Source of the DNA: Saccharicrinis sp.
GTDB lineage: Bacteria; Bacteroidota; Bacteroidia; Bacteroidales; Marinilabiliaceae
Direction of reading: 5' to 3'
Assembly (NCBI GenBank): GCA_965230625.1
Contig: CBDDLL010000001.1
Coordinates: 522,689 to 586,688 of the forward strand
DNA: 64,000 bases
The position numbers were made by a program, and so were the translations under genes. The stretch's first letter is position 1. The number at the start of each line of letters is the position of its first letter. This document shows positions 28,234 through 38,973 of this stretch, in pieces. The notes beneath the pieces are model-generated. The model had not been told where the DNA came from, did no database searches, and saw nothing but the letters and a program-made list of their open reading frames with translations.

Positions 28234-31125
28234 ATGAAGATTCCAAACAAAACTCTATTAAGCAAAGTAATATTTTTTTGGGCAATTTACATTGTTTCAA
28301 CAGATGTTGAAGTTAAAGCTCAAAACAGCGATACTGCCATAGTAAATAACGACACAATTGGATTCTTTTCGAACGAGCATTTCGTAAACACTATCTGGCA
28401 TAATAATATAACTGGTATTCAAGAAGATGGTGCAACCAATTATAATTTATCTATTTCCGATTACCTGCAAGGAAAAGTAAGTGGAGTTGATGTTGTTGAT
28501 GCTTATGGAACTCCGGGTAGGGCTTCTCAAATTACCCTTCAAGGATATAGTATCACCGGAAATCATCAATCTTTAATTGTTATTGACGGAATACCTCAAC
28601 CACAGTTGGCTAATACATTCAATGGCCTAAATGTTAACACTGAAGATATACATCCTTTAATTCCTGTGGCTTTAGATGATGTTACTTCTATAAAGATATT
28701 GAAAAATCCTACAGCAGTATTGTTATATGGAGCCGAGGGAGCAGACGGCGCAATTATTATTGAAACAAAAAAAGAAGGAGATTCTCCACTGGAAGTCAAT
28801 TATAGATATAGTGTTGGCTTTGAATCGGAATCTGAATATATAGAATTGCTAAACGGAGCTGAATACATTAATTACCAAATAGAGGCACTGTTTAATGCTT
28901 CCGATGGTTTTGGTTTGACTATTCCTGAAGAATTAGCTTATGATCCGAACAGTCCTGATTTTTACAATTATACGGCTAATACAGACTGGATTAAAGAGGT
29001 ATCGCAACCGGGATCGGTATCCAATCATTATATAAGTTTTAGTGGGAAGCAAAACAAGTTGGCTTATCATACGTCTATTGACTATTCAAATAATAAGGGT
29101 AGTATTATAAATACACGTAATCACAGATTTTTATCAAGATCTAAAATACAATATGATGTAAATAATAAAATTAAGCTCGGACTTAATATTGATTATGCAA
29201 AAAATGAGTATGAAGGAAATATTGAAGTAGAGAAGAACGATCAAGAACTTAGTGTTCTTGAGATGGCTTTTATTAAAGCACCAAATATGAGTGTATATCG
29301 ATACGACCCGGACGGAAATAAAACAGAGGATTATTTCACTCCTAGAAGATCCTATCAAAATTCTTACAATCCGGTTGCTATTGCAGACTATGGCAAATCA
29401 GAGAATGATTATAATCTATTGAGTACTACATTAAACTTTAACTATCAAATTACAAATTGGTTTCAACTGCAAGAGGTATTTAACTTTAATAAAGTAACAG
29501 CAAAATCATATTCTTTTTTGCCTTTTAAAGCATTATATGATGCAGACGAATCTTCTATTGTGGAAGAATATGATAGTAACCTTACTCTTAAATCCAAACG
29601 GTATCGTAGCGAAACAAAACTATTGTTTGAACTTCCTTTTAATAATAAAGAAGTAAACTCTCTGAATATACAATTAGCCGGCATTTATCAACAGCAGGAA
29701 TTAAATGGAGAGTATGAATATATAAGGAGTTATTCGAATAGTAAATATGAAAATAAAAATACACACTATATACATACAGGTTTTGCATCCATAAATTATT
29801 TATTTAAAAAACGTTATTTCTTTGATATTTCTACTCGCCTTGAATCATCCTCTTTAAAAAATAGTGATAACAATACTGCAATGCACCAAGGAGGAAATAT
29901 AGGGTGGTTGTTTTCTGAAGAGCCGTTTTTAAAGGGTAATAGTATATTAAATAAAGGAAATTTAAGTTTGGGATATAGTACTTCAGAGTACAATGATCAA
30001 TTTTTTTATGATAATATATTAATGTTTATGTATTCCACCAGAGGTTTTCCGGTTATTGGAAGTATGCCCTTATATGATTACAATATTACGGCACTAAACC
30101 TTGGCTTAAACCTTAATTTTTTCAATAATAAATTAATAGTTGAGGCAGATTACTTTAGGAGAAATATTCGTAAGGAATGGAGTCACACAACTTTTGATAT
30201 TTTATTTGTTGGACTTCTTGATATTAATCAAAGAAGTATTGATTTGGCTATTACAGGCAATGTTTTGAATAATAATAATATGAATTGGGATGTTTATTGG
30301 AATGGTAGTTTTAACAGGCATTACCTGGAAGAAAGTTCTGATTCTTTTCTTTCTGAACGAACATTTTCGAGTGGAGACTATTTATCAAGAGTTGAAAGTG
30401 ATGACAGAATTGGGGGGATTTACGGGTTGAAATACGAGGGGGTATATGCTACTGATGAAGATGTTATAATGAAAGATCAATTGGGCAACTATATCTTGGA
30501 TGAGAATGGAATTCCGGTTCGAATGACTTATTTAGGAGGATATCGAGCTAAAGCCGGAGATCCAATATATGCTGATATTAATTCCGATAATAATATAGAT
30601 GAGAACGATGTTCAATATCTTGGCAATTCCTTTCCGAAGATGATTGGAGGATTTGGAACAAACTTCCGATATAAATCATTTTCTTTTGTGGCGAACTTTC
30701 ATTATAAGTTTGGGTACGAAATTATTAATCAGGTGGCCCTAACATCAGAAAGTATGAATACACGTAATAATCAGAGTACAGCCGTATGTAGACGTTGGAG
30801 AGTACCTGGAGATAATGTAAAAAATATATTACCAAGTGCGAATAGGAATAGACCACTGAACGGATTTGCTTCGGATGCTTATGTAGAGTCGGGAGATTAT
30901 ATAAGGTTAAATAATGTGAGTGTTGGATATTCGTTTAAGCCTTCAGTTTGTCAGAAGCTTCGTTTAGAGGATTTAAATATAATATTGAATGCCAGAAATC
31001 TACATACTTCTACCAGTTATTCAGGGTTAGATCCTGAGATTGAAAATGGAGGTTGGTTAAGGAGAGATAGAATAAGAAATATACCTGCTAGGTCATTTAC
31101 CTTCAGTTTACAATTAAAAATATAA
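28234..31125 (+). CDS. SusC/RagA-like TonB-dependent receptor with no adjacent SusD
   Basis: Plug-region motifs LQGKVSGVDV, LIVIDGIP and SIKILKNPTAVLLYGAEGADGAIIIETKK. Long beta-barrel. The next gene is not SusD-like. Confidence 0.7.
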   Translation: MKIPNKTLLSKVIFFWAIYIVSTDVEVKAQNSDTAIVNNDTIGFFSNEHFVNTIWHNNITGIQEDGATNYNLSISDYLQGKVSGVDVVDAYGTPGRASQITLQGYSITGNHQSLIVIDGIPQPQLANTFNGLNVNTEDIHPLIPVALDDVTSIKILKNPTAVLLYGAEGADGAIIIETKKEGDSPLEVNYRYSVGFESESEYIELLNGAEYINYQIEALFNASDGFGLTIPEELAYDPNSPDFYNYTANTDWIKEVSQPGSVSNHYISFSGKQNKLAYHTSIDYSNNKGSIINTRNHRFLSRSKIQYDVNNKIKLGLNIDYAKNEYEGNIEVEKNDQELSVLEMAFIKAPNMSVYRYDPDGNKTEDYFTPRRSYQNSYNPVAIADYGKSENDYNLLSTTLNFNYQITNWFQLQEVFNFNKVTAKSYSFLPFKALYDADESSIVEEYDSNLTLKSKRYRSETKLLFELPFNNKEVNSLNIQLAGIYQQQELNGEYEYIRSYSNSKYENKNTHYIHTGFASINYLFKKRYFFDISTRLESSSLKNSDNNTAMHQGGNIGWLFSEEPFLKGNSILNKGNLSLGYSTSEYNDQFFYDNILMFMYSTRGFPVIGSMPLYDYNITALNLGLNLNFFNNKLIVEADYFRRNIRKEWSHTTFDILFVGLLDINQRSIDLAITGNVLNNNNMNWDVYWNGSFNRHYLEESSDSFLSERTFSSGDYLSRVESDDRIGGIYGLKYEGVYATDEDVIMKDQLGNYILDENGIPVRMTYLGGYRAKAGDPIYADINSDNNIDENDVQYLGNSFPKMIGGFGTNFRYKSFSFVANFHYKFGYEIINQVALTSESMNTRNNQSTAVCRRWRVPGDNVKNILPSANRNRPLNGFASDAYVESGDYIRLNNVSVGYSFKPSVCQKLRLEDLNIILNARNLHTSTSYSGLDPEIENGGWLRRDRIRNIPARSFTFSLQLKI

Positions 31126-31380
31126 TAATCTGGTTAAAATTGAATTAATAAGTTCATAAACTTTTGATAGTTGATTAGATGATCAGTGAGACTCTTCTAA
31201 TGTATTTGATGAACATACAAATAGTAATATCTTTATTGCAAAAAACTGGTTTAAAACGTTATGCATACTGATGATTCTACCAATCTTACAATTATTAGTG
31301 ATCGTAAATTTATATTTATCTTTTGCGTTAAGAATAAACGAACAAAAAAAATAACATCGAAATAAAATTACCAAAACAAG

Positions 31381-32307
31381 ATGATAAAGCTTAGTATTCT
31401 ATTATTTATATCATTTTTCTTGGCAAATATTGTTAATTGTCAAGAAGTTAAATTTAAAGAAAAAATATCAGGAAATTTCGGAGAAGAATATTCGGTATTA
31501 AAAGAAAATAAAAAAATTAAACACGGTGGATATATTAAGTATAAAGTTCACCCTCTAGATAATAGATCACTTCTGATTATTGGGCAGTTTAAAAATGATA
31601 AAAAAGAAGGCAAATGGTACTATTTAAATGAAAAAGGATATCTTAAAAGAGTAGGAGAATTTCATGATAATAAAAAACATGGATTCTGGAGAGACTATTA
31701 TACCCCACAATCAAAAAATACATTGCTTGTTAATTCTTTAGGATTAAGTTCAAATAGAGGTTATGAAATAGCTAAAGATGGATCTATAGATTTTAATATG
31801 TCTAAATTAACAGTAGCAGGAGAAGGAAATTATTTATCTGGTTCGAAAGTTGGAATCTGGAATTTTTACACAAAAAAATCAGAAAAATTTATCATTTATG
31901 ATTATTCGAAGAAAGAACTATTATTTCCAGATAGTATAGAAATACCTTTATTTAATAAGGGGAACGAAGAACTCATTAGATTTTTAGCAAATACAATTAA
32001 AATTCCTTCAAGAATTATAAATAAAGGAATTACTGGAGAAACTTATATGCAATTTGAGATTAATAAGAACGGAAATATAGAAAATATTACTTTTTTAAAA
32101 AGTGTTGATGAGGCTTTGAATAAAGAATTAAGGTCTGCCATTCTAAAAACATGTGGAGAATGGATTCCTAGTAACATATCTTACAAATTTGTTTTACCTG
32201 TTTTAGTGCAAAAGTCTAATTCTGAAATTAGTACACTTAATATTAACAATCTTAATTTAAAAGGAACTAAAACTATTAAACGCCTTGATATCTTCATTAA
32301 AGAATAA
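31381..32307 (+). CDS. MORN-variant (YwqK-like) repeat protein with TonB C-terminal-like domain
   Basis: Signal peptide. Repeats GKWYYLNEKGYLKRVGEFHDNKKHGFWRDYY. The C-terminal GETYMQFEINKNGNIENITFLKS resembles the TonB_C fold. Confidence 0.55.
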   Translation: MIKLSILLFISFFLANIVNCQEVKFKEKISGNFGEEYSVLKENKKIKHGGYIKYKVHPLDNRSLLIIGQFKNDKKEGKWYYLNEKGYLKRVGEFHDNKKHGFWRDYYTPQSKNTLLVNSLGLSSNRGYEIAKDGSIDFNMSKLTVAGEGNYLSGSKVGIWNFYTKKSEKFIIYDYSKKELLFPDSIEIPLFNKGNEELIRFLANTIKIPSRIINKGITGETYMQFEINKNGNIENITFLKSVDEALNKELRSAILKTCGEWIPSNISYKFVLPVLVQKSNSEISTLNINNLNLKGTKTIKRLDIFIKE

Positions 32308-32454
32308 GATGCTAACATTTGAATAAACGTGAATTTTCATCATTTCAAATTCATATAGAAGAAATATTTGAAATTTATGTGAGTCATAAAATTTAGCTTA
32401 AAATGATTTAGAAGTTAAATCTATTCAATGATAACAATTACTAAAGTGCGAAGG

Positions 32455-32487
32455 GATAAAAAACCCTCCTGTATATCAGAAGGGTTT
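32455..32487 (-). terminator. Hairpin + T-run directly downstream (minus strand) of the displaced tRNA 3' fragment
   Basis: AAACCCT / AGGGTTT stem (32461-32487), with a T-run on the minus strand. Confidence 0.45.
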
Positions 32488-32500
32488 GTAGCCGCACCAG
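32488..32500. repeat. Direct repeat GTAGCCGCACCAG, distal att copy (attL-like) of the tRNA-Arg islet
   Basis: Exact 13-nt copy of 38975-38987, which is the 3' end of tRNA-Arg. Confidence 0.65.
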
Positions 32501-32765
32501 TAAAGTTACTAGATAATTAGGAGTATTATATTGTTAACTATTTGAATATATTATTATAAACACTCGAAAAACGAAGAAATCTAACAATAGTGCAAAATCG
32601 TGTGTTACAATTAAATGCTCATGAGCATTCCTTAACTTCTCAAAGTGATATTATAATTGTAAAATGAAATGTAACTTAATTTTTAGACAAAAATGTATAA
32701 ACTTTAATCCTGTTAGGTTTATTTTTTATTTTTGATTAAAATTAGATAAAGGATAACTATTTATT

Positions 32766-35700
32766 ATGGAGTATCTCAAACCTGAGTATTGGAATAATTT
32801 CATAGACTCAAAAGGTAAATTTATTGGGAAAAAGTTTGAGAGACTCGTTCATGATATTCTCAAATTGGGGTTTGGTGGTGATTGGCAGCAAACTCCATTG
32901 TCATGGGACGGTGGAAAAGATTTTATCAATAATTCATACAATGGAAATTCTACAGGGTGGGCAGAGTGTAAGATGTATAAGAAAAATCTTACCACTCATA
33001 ACTTTGCCAAAACCCTTGTCATGGCTGTCAATAATTCTATTGACTCAATCATCATTTTCTCATATAGTCCACTTGTTAAAAATGCACAGATTCACCTTGG
33101 TGACTTTGCAACATTGACAAATAAGAGCATACAGGTATTTGATGATTCTAAGCTGGAACAGTTAATATTTAAATGCTTTGGAAAGAGAGAGTTTGAAATT
33201 TATTTCCCTGATTTCACATACCTAAATCAGAATATTTTTACTTACTCATCCTATTTGTCGTATAGTTTTCTTAGTAATGATATTACCATAGAATGGTCAC
33301 AGTTAAGTGAAGAACAAACTCAAGAGCGAAACGTAGTCACCAAAAGAAATACCCCATGTCTATACGAGCTTTGTTTTATTTCTAACTTAACCACCAATGA
33401 AGACTTAAAAATTGACTTTTCACCCTTATTTACTAATACAGGTCAGCTGGATTATAGGTTCAATTTTGTCAATTTACCTGCTATACTATTGGAAAATCAA
33501 AACATAGTAGAACTTGACGGTTCCAAAGACGAAATAGAAAATACGAATTATATTCGATCGGTTATCCCGGGACAAATTTTTAGTTTAAAGCTCTACTTTA
33601 TACCTGTTGAAGTAGGTGAATTAATTATACCACCAATAAATTTTCATTTTGGAGAACTAAACGAGCAATTTGCATCAAAGAAGCTCACTGTTTCTAATCT
33701 TGCATCTCCTCCTTTAATTGGAACTAAAATTCATGAAACTATCCACATTACAGATTTGGCTATTTCGTCGAATAATAGGGTAGTTTTTCAAATCGTAAGT
33801 GGAGGAAGTGGAGTTGGAAAAACAAGGTATGCAAAGGAAATAATTGATAGACTTTTAAAGTATAACTTTCGTGTTAATATACTTGATGGCAGTACAAGTA
33901 ACTGCGACGACTTCTCAAAATTTGTTGTAGAGCTTTTAACACAACTATATAAACTTCCTAATCCATATAAGTTCGAAAATAAAGACATCACTATCAATCT
34001 GTTTAAAGAAGACAGTGCTTATAATGAGAAGGATGAAGTAGTATATTCCATAATAAAACAGTGTGTTTACAACAATGAAATAGATAAGGACGAGTTAAAA
34101 AAAGATCTAATTCCTATTCTTTTCAAATTGATTTTAGAAAGAAGGTCAGCATTGATCATTGATAATGTTCAGGCTCTTGATGATGGTATAATTGATTTAC
34201 TTTTTAGGTTATTGGAGTTAAACAATACGGTTGGTCAGAACTTTATAATGTATGTTTTCAATACAGATACTTTGGATTTGAACTCCAAGGCTGGAGCATT
34301 TTATAATCAATTACAAAATGGCAGTCTGCCAGATAATACTTTTGTCTCAATAACACCATTCAAGTCTACAGAAGTTAAGCTTTTTATTGATTCTACAATC
34401 AGGATAAAAGACAATAAACAATTTAGTATTGAACACCAGGGTTTATTCAAGCTAATAGCTAAGAATATCCCTGCAAGACCATTTTATTTATCACAGTTTA
34501 TTGATCTGTTATTTCAGGATAAAATTATTTCACTGGATAAAGGAGAGTTCTATATTAACGATATTTCATTGCTTGACAGACAACTTAAGACTCTATCAGA
34601 TAAAGAAACAGATATAATAACTGCAAGGTTATTAAGGTTGACAGATACCCAGTTAAATGTTTTAAGCATGATTATCTATCTGGGTGAAATTGATTTCGTA
34701 TTACTAAAATCTTTATTGCCTTATGAAATTGATGGAATAGAATATTTAATAGATGCTAACTTCTTAATAAAAGAATACGACAAAGTGAAGTTTATCCATT
34801 CATTAATGGATAATTATTTAGTACAAAGAGCTGAGGAGTATTGTAAATATCTGAAGACTGATATTAAAGAATCTGTTTTATTGAATTCATTTCTTCGGAA
34901 ACAATATCCACATGCTTTGTTCTCGATTTCTAATGAAAGTCACCTGTTTGATTCGGCTATACTTAAGGTGTCGAGGTTATCCGAAATATCTGTTAGAAAT
35001 CAGTTTTACGCAAAAAAGATATTAGATTATATTTATTTTTCTCCTAATGGATTGAAGCCGGAACAGTACTTATTTGCAGTTAAAAAAGTACTATCGCTAG
35101 TATGCCATGATAATAAGAAAATATTTTTGACTAAGCTTTTAGAAATGTGGGAGTTTTTGGAAGGCTACAACCCTACATCAAATATTCAAGCAATACATTA
35201 TATAGAGATTGCGAGGGAATGCGGAAGCTTTCTCACTGTGTATGGACAATATAATGCGAGTATTAAAATCCTTAATGAAGCTATAAGCAAAGTGAATACT
35301 CATGTAACTGATAGAGGAATAAAGAATAAACTTATTGCCAGGTTAACCAATAGAGTTGGAGTTACTTACAAGCAAGCTTTAGATTATAAAAGATCAAAGG
35401 AATCGCTTCAATTAGCCCTGGAACTGTCGAAAAAATCAAAGAGCATAGTTGAAGAATACCTGACGTATATTGACCTGGGTTATATTTTTTATGGTAGAAA
35501 TAAAGAAAAAACTATCGAATATTGGAAAAACGTACATAGCATTTCAGCCGAGAAAGAAGAAAAAATAATGAACGAAGATACAGATACTGGATTGGCCTGT
35601 ATTCTAATAAAATCCTTATTCAATGGAATTTCAGGTAACTATCAAAATGCTATTGCCATTGCTAGCCAATTGATAAATATATCTCAAAGTGAATGTTCCA

Positions 35701-36122
35701 TTTATTACGAATTACAAGGTCGTCGAGCAAAGGTGCTTTTTGAGTTTAAGTTAGATTATCCCACAGATGTGTTGGAAGAACAGTTAATGCAAATAATATC
35801 AATAAGTGCAGATGCTAAGATATTCAAATATCATTTGTTTGCGTATCATTTATTGGCAGTTATATACGATCAACAAGGAGAAACTGAAAAAGCAACAAGA
35901 CATTATCAAAACATTTTGGAGCAAATAAAAAACAAAGAAGTTTTTAAACCTTCGTTAGAAGTTTGTTTACTTATTTCTGACTCAAGCAAGTATTATAACA
36001 AACAAGACCAAGCATTTCCTCTGGAGGAATATGAGATATCACAAATATGCTTGAATGAGAACAACCAATTAGATATCAATTCTCCATTTTCAGAAGAAGA
36101 ATATTGCTTAACATTAGCGTAA
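32766..36122 (+). CDS. Avs-like antiviral STAND protein: N-terminal Mrr-type PD-(D/E)xK nuclease, central P-loop NTPase, C-terminal TPR-like repeats
   Basis: FERLVHDILKLGF...WDGGKDF...WAECKMYKK...SIIIFSYS is the Mrr_cat pattern (D...ExK). Walker A SGGSGVGKT and Walker B ALIIDNVQALDD. Helical repeats run to the C-terminus. Confidence 0.7.
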   Translation: MEYLKPEYWNNFIDSKGKFIGKKFERLVHDILKLGFGGDWQQTPLSWDGGKDFINNSYNGNSTGWAECKMYKKNLTTHNFAKTLVMAVNNSIDSIIIFSYSPLVKNAQIHLGDFATLTNKSIQVFDDSKLEQLIFKCFGKREFEIYFPDFTYLNQNIFTYSSYLSYSFLSNDITIEWSQLSEEQTQERNVVTKRNTPCLYELCFISNLTTNEDLKIDFSPLFTNTGQLDYRFNFVNLPAILLENQNIVELDGSKDEIENTNYIRSVIPGQIFSLKLYFIPVEVGELIIPPINFHFGELNEQFASKKLTVSNLASPPLIGTKIHETIHITDLAISSNNRVVFQIVSGGSGVGKTRYAKEIIDRLLKYNFRVNILDGSTSNCDDFSKFVVELLTQLYKLPNPYKFENKDITINLFKEDSAYNEKDEVVYSIIKQCVYNNEIDKDELKKDLIPILFKLILERRSALIIDNVQALDDGIIDLLFRLLELNNTVGQNFIMYVFNTDTLDLNSKAGAFYNQLQNGSLPDNTFVSITPFKSTEVKLFIDSTIRIKDNKQFSIEHQGLFKLIAKNIPARPFYLSQFIDLLFQDKIISLDKGEFYINDISLLDRQLKTLSDKETDIITARLLRLTDTQLNVLSMIIYLGEIDFVLLKSLLPYEIDGIEYLIDANFLIKEYDKVKFIHSLMDNYLVQRAEEYCKYLKTDIKESVLLNSFLRKQYPHALFSISNESHLFDSAILKVSRLSEISVRNQFYAKKILDYIYFSPNGLKPEQYLFAVKKVLSLVCHDNKKIFLTKLLEMWEFLEGYNPTSNIQAIHYIEIARECGSFLTVYGQYNASIKILNEAISKVNTHVTDRGIKNKLIARLTNRVGVTYKQALDYKRSKESLQLALELSKKSKSIVEEYLTYIDLGYIFYGRNKEKTIEYWKNVHSISAEKEEKIMNEDTDTGLACILIKSLFNGISGNYQNAIAIASQLINISQSECSIYYELQGRRAKVLFEFKLDYPTDVLEEQLMQIISISADAKIFKYHLFAYHLLAVIYDQQGETEKATRHYQNILEQIKNKEVFKPSLEVCLLISDSSKYYNKQDQAFPLEEYEISQICLNENNQLDINSPFSEEEYCLTLA

Positions 36123-37262
36123 ATTTCCATTAACAAAATCCTCAAATTTGACAATATTAGCATGCCTGTCAACAATGATATCCAACTCTATATTTCGCCT
36201 TGTGGTCCAAAAAAAATTGTTTTTTAAACTTGTAAATCTATCTACAAAATAGATAATAGGAGGACCTATTTGCATGATGTTATAACCAAGGTTTGCAAAC
36301 AAATCAAGATACGCGCTGTCACGATTAATTGATTGAATTCGTGTAGATTCATATTTCCTTATCCCCTTGGATATTAAAGTTTCTTCATAAAACTCATAGT
36401 TAACAATTGACAACATATTACAGAAGAAGTATTCTCTGGACAGATCTTTCTTTGTAAGTGCATAGTCAAAGGTGTTCTTAATAAAGAATCCTGCATCATT
36501 TTTTAATTCAGATGCATTTCGCTTCGTAAATACGCTTTTTATATCTGATTTGAAATTACTGTTCTTATATTCACGATTTAAAGAATAGTAATCACCTCCA
36601 ATATGATATGCTTTAGCCCTAGCTGAAGCTATGATTTTTAACCCTTTTGCTTTTATCCTGAGACATAAGTCTAAATCAGAATAAAGAGTATGGAATGGTT
36701 CGTAAAATCCTTCAACTAGGTTAAAATTGGTTTTACTTATTAGCAATAAGGCCGAACACACCATTTGTACATCCTTATCTGTTTGAGTTAAATGGTGAAA
36801 ATCTGGCAATCCCGCATTAATGTGGATATAGTTATATTCTGATGAAGCTATTCCAAAATCCAAAACGGTATTATCCGTGTGATTCAGTAATTTGCCCCCA
36901 ACGGCACCAATATTTTCTACTGATGAATAAGATTCCCATAGTCCTTGTAACCAGTTCTCGGAAACAATTATATCCTGATCACAAAAGATGAGATGTTCAT
37001 TTTGGGCATATTTTACAGCCTCATTTGCTGCCTTACTATAACCCAAATTCTCATAAATATGGATATACCTAACTTTGTTAGGGTAATAATTTAGGTCGTG
37101 AAATTCTTTATTGGAATTATTAATATATACTACTATTTCATCTTCCGCACGAATAGTCTCAATCAGAGAATCTAAACAGGCTTTAATAAAATTTTCTCCA
37201 CTGTGGTACAACACTATAATTGAAAATGCAGGTGCTGCTAATAACTCCTTTGAGTACTCCAT
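36114..37262 (-). CDS. Family 2 glycosyltransferase with C-terminal extension
   Basis: FSIIVLYHSGENFIKACLDSL opening, LGYSKAANEA and a CDQD (DxD) motif. Its 3' end overlaps the convergent STAND gene by 9 nt. Confidence 0.65.
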   Translation of the reverse strand: MEYSKELLAAPAFSIIVLYHSGENFIKACLDSLIETIRAEDEIVVYINNSNKEFHDLNYYPNKVRYIHIYENLGYSKAANEAVKYAQNEHLIFCDQDIIVSENWLQGLWESYSSVENIGAVGGKLLNHTDNTVLDFGIASSEYNYIHINAGLPDFHHLTQTDKDVQMVCSALLLISKTNFNLVEGFYEPFHTLYSDLDLCLRIKAKGLKIIASARAKAYHIGGDYYSLNREYKNSNFKSDIKSVFTKRNASELKNDAGFFIKNTFDYALTKKDLSREYFFCNMLSIVNYEFYEETLISKGIRKYESTRIQSINRDSAYLDLFANLGYNIMQIGPPIIYFVDRFTSLKNNFFWTTRRNIELDIIVDRHANIVKFEDFVNGNLR

Positions 37263-37290
37263 AATAAATAGTTATCCTTTATTCAGATAG

Positions 37291-38214
37291 CTACATCTCA
37301 AAAGAATTCCTAGGATGTTTTAATGTTAATATTTCACTTTTCTTTCGACTATTCACATGGGTATATATTTGAGTAGTATTGATTGAACTATGCCCAAGCA
37401 AACTTTGGATATATCGAATATCTACATCTTCCTCTAATAAAAGGGTTGCGAATGAATGCCTAAATACGTGAGGCGTTGTATTTAGTGCAATATTAGCTTT
37501 TTTACTATATTTTCGAACCAAATACCTTACCGATTGTTCTGAAAGCTTATTTTTAAGTCGATTTACAAAGAAATAATTATTAATGTTAGCGTTATATTTT
37601 AAGTAATATAGCTTAAGTGCCTCTCTAACCTCATTATTTGTAATTGGTATCATACGTTCTTTACTGCCTTTTCCATTAACCTTAATAAGAGAATAATCTT
37701 GTTCAATATTTCCGATAGTAAGATTACATAATTCAGAAACTCTTAGCCCTGTTGAAAAAAGGAGTTCCAAAACAGCAATATCCCTTAACCTTTCTATATA
37801 TGTGTATGAATCTTTTTTTTTACAATTCTCTTTACTTAAGTAAGCAACATTTAGAATCTTTTTAATTTGTTCTAGAGATAGTACAATAGGTAACTGTTTT
37901 GGTATTTTGATTGATGTTTTTACCTTTCTGAATGGATTGACAACAATATTCTCTTCAAATTCATGATAATTAAAAAAAGCCCTCGTTGCAGCTAATTTTC
38001 TCTTTATTGTTTTTGGCGCAAAACTAATCAGCTGTTGATAATATAACTTGATTTGATCCTTACCAATATCTTCAATTAGATTTATCTCATTACTAGATAA
38101 AAACTTTTGAAACTGATCTAGATCTATCCTATAAGCTTTAATTGTCTTAGGATCAAGTTGTTTTTCCAGCATACAGTGAGAGAAATAATCATTAAAAGCA
38201 TCGTTTATCTTCAT
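37291..38214 (-). CDS. Tyrosine site-specific recombinase/integrase (XerC/D-like architecture)
   Basis: SAM-like N-terminal domain. Catalytic motifs TGLRVSEL (R), HVFRHSFATLLL (HxxR) and LLGHSSINTTQIYTHV (H...Y). Confidence 0.85.
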   Translation of the reverse strand: MKINDAFNDYFSHCMLEKQLDPKTIKAYRIDLDQFQKFLSSNEINLIEDIGKDQIKLYYQQLISFAPKTIKRKLAATRAFFNYHEFEENIVVNPFRKVKTSIKIPKQLPIVLSLEQIKKILNVAYLSKENCKKKDSYTYIERLRDIAVLELLFSTGLRVSELCNLTIGNIEQDYSLIKVNGKGSKERMIPITNNEVREALKLYYLKYNANINNYFFVNRLKNKLSEQSVRYLVRKYSKKANIALNTTPHVFRHSFATLLLEEDVDIRYIQSLLGHSSINTTQIYTHVNSRKKSEILTLKHPRNSFEM

Positions 38215-38457
38215 CTTCCTTTTTTTAAAAATCTGACAAAGATAACTCAGAAGAAATACATAGAACCATTCCTCCTGTTATGACAAAAGCAAATCCCTTA
38301 ATGCAAAGTCGCTTAAAGAGTTTACAATATAGCCACACCAAGACTAAGTAAAATTTACCATATAGATAAACGGTAAATTTATTTAGAGCCGACAATATCG
38401 CGAGAGATGTCCCCACCAAGACTCTATAAGAATAAGTTTACTTCAGCCGTTATTAGA

Positions 38458-38610
38458 TTAAAAATCCAGTAGTTTATTTGCTGCTTCCTTCTTACTTTCG
38501 GTATCAAAACTGTCCAGATAGTTCTGAGTGGTTCTTAAACTACTATGCCTTATGCTTTTCGGGACAAATGATATGGTATATCTAAACCTACTATTTAATG
38601 GAATTGCATC
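38458..38610 (-). pseudogene. Remnant of the 3' end of a second tyrosine integrase
   Basis: A hand translation gives ...FVPKSIRHSSLRTTQNYLDSFDTESKKEAANKLLDF*. This is the conserved C-terminal H..(T)TQ.Y box, with no upstream catalytic domain. Confidence 0.4.
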
Positions 38611-38927
38611 CTATGTAAATGGTGAGTATACAAAACTTGGTAAATTAAGTATGACTCTCTAAACCAATAGTTTTTATGATAGCATACTCACAAGAAATGA
38701 CACATGGTGCTAAATCGTCTTAAAATTAACAATAACAACCCATACTCATCTGGGTATATAATGGTCACAAATAAAGTCAAAGAGTCAATAAACAATTGAA
38801 GACTACTTTTTGATAGAATTATTAGTTGCGGACCTGGATTTTATATTTTGATTGAGGAATGATAATTGTTCTTTCTTGCTACATATACGTAGATTTTATC
38901 ACAATATATGTAACTATTTTGTAACTC

Positions 38928-38970
38928 ATAAAAAACAAACCCCTTTAAAATAAGTTATTTAAAGGGGTTT
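38928..38970 (-). terminator. Intrinsic terminator downstream of tRNA-Arg
   Basis: Perfect 13-bp stem AAACCCCTTTAAA / TTTAAAGGGGTTT (38937-38949 / 38958-38970), 8-nt loop, T-run on the minus strand. Confidence 0.6.
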
Positions 38971-38973
38971 AAA

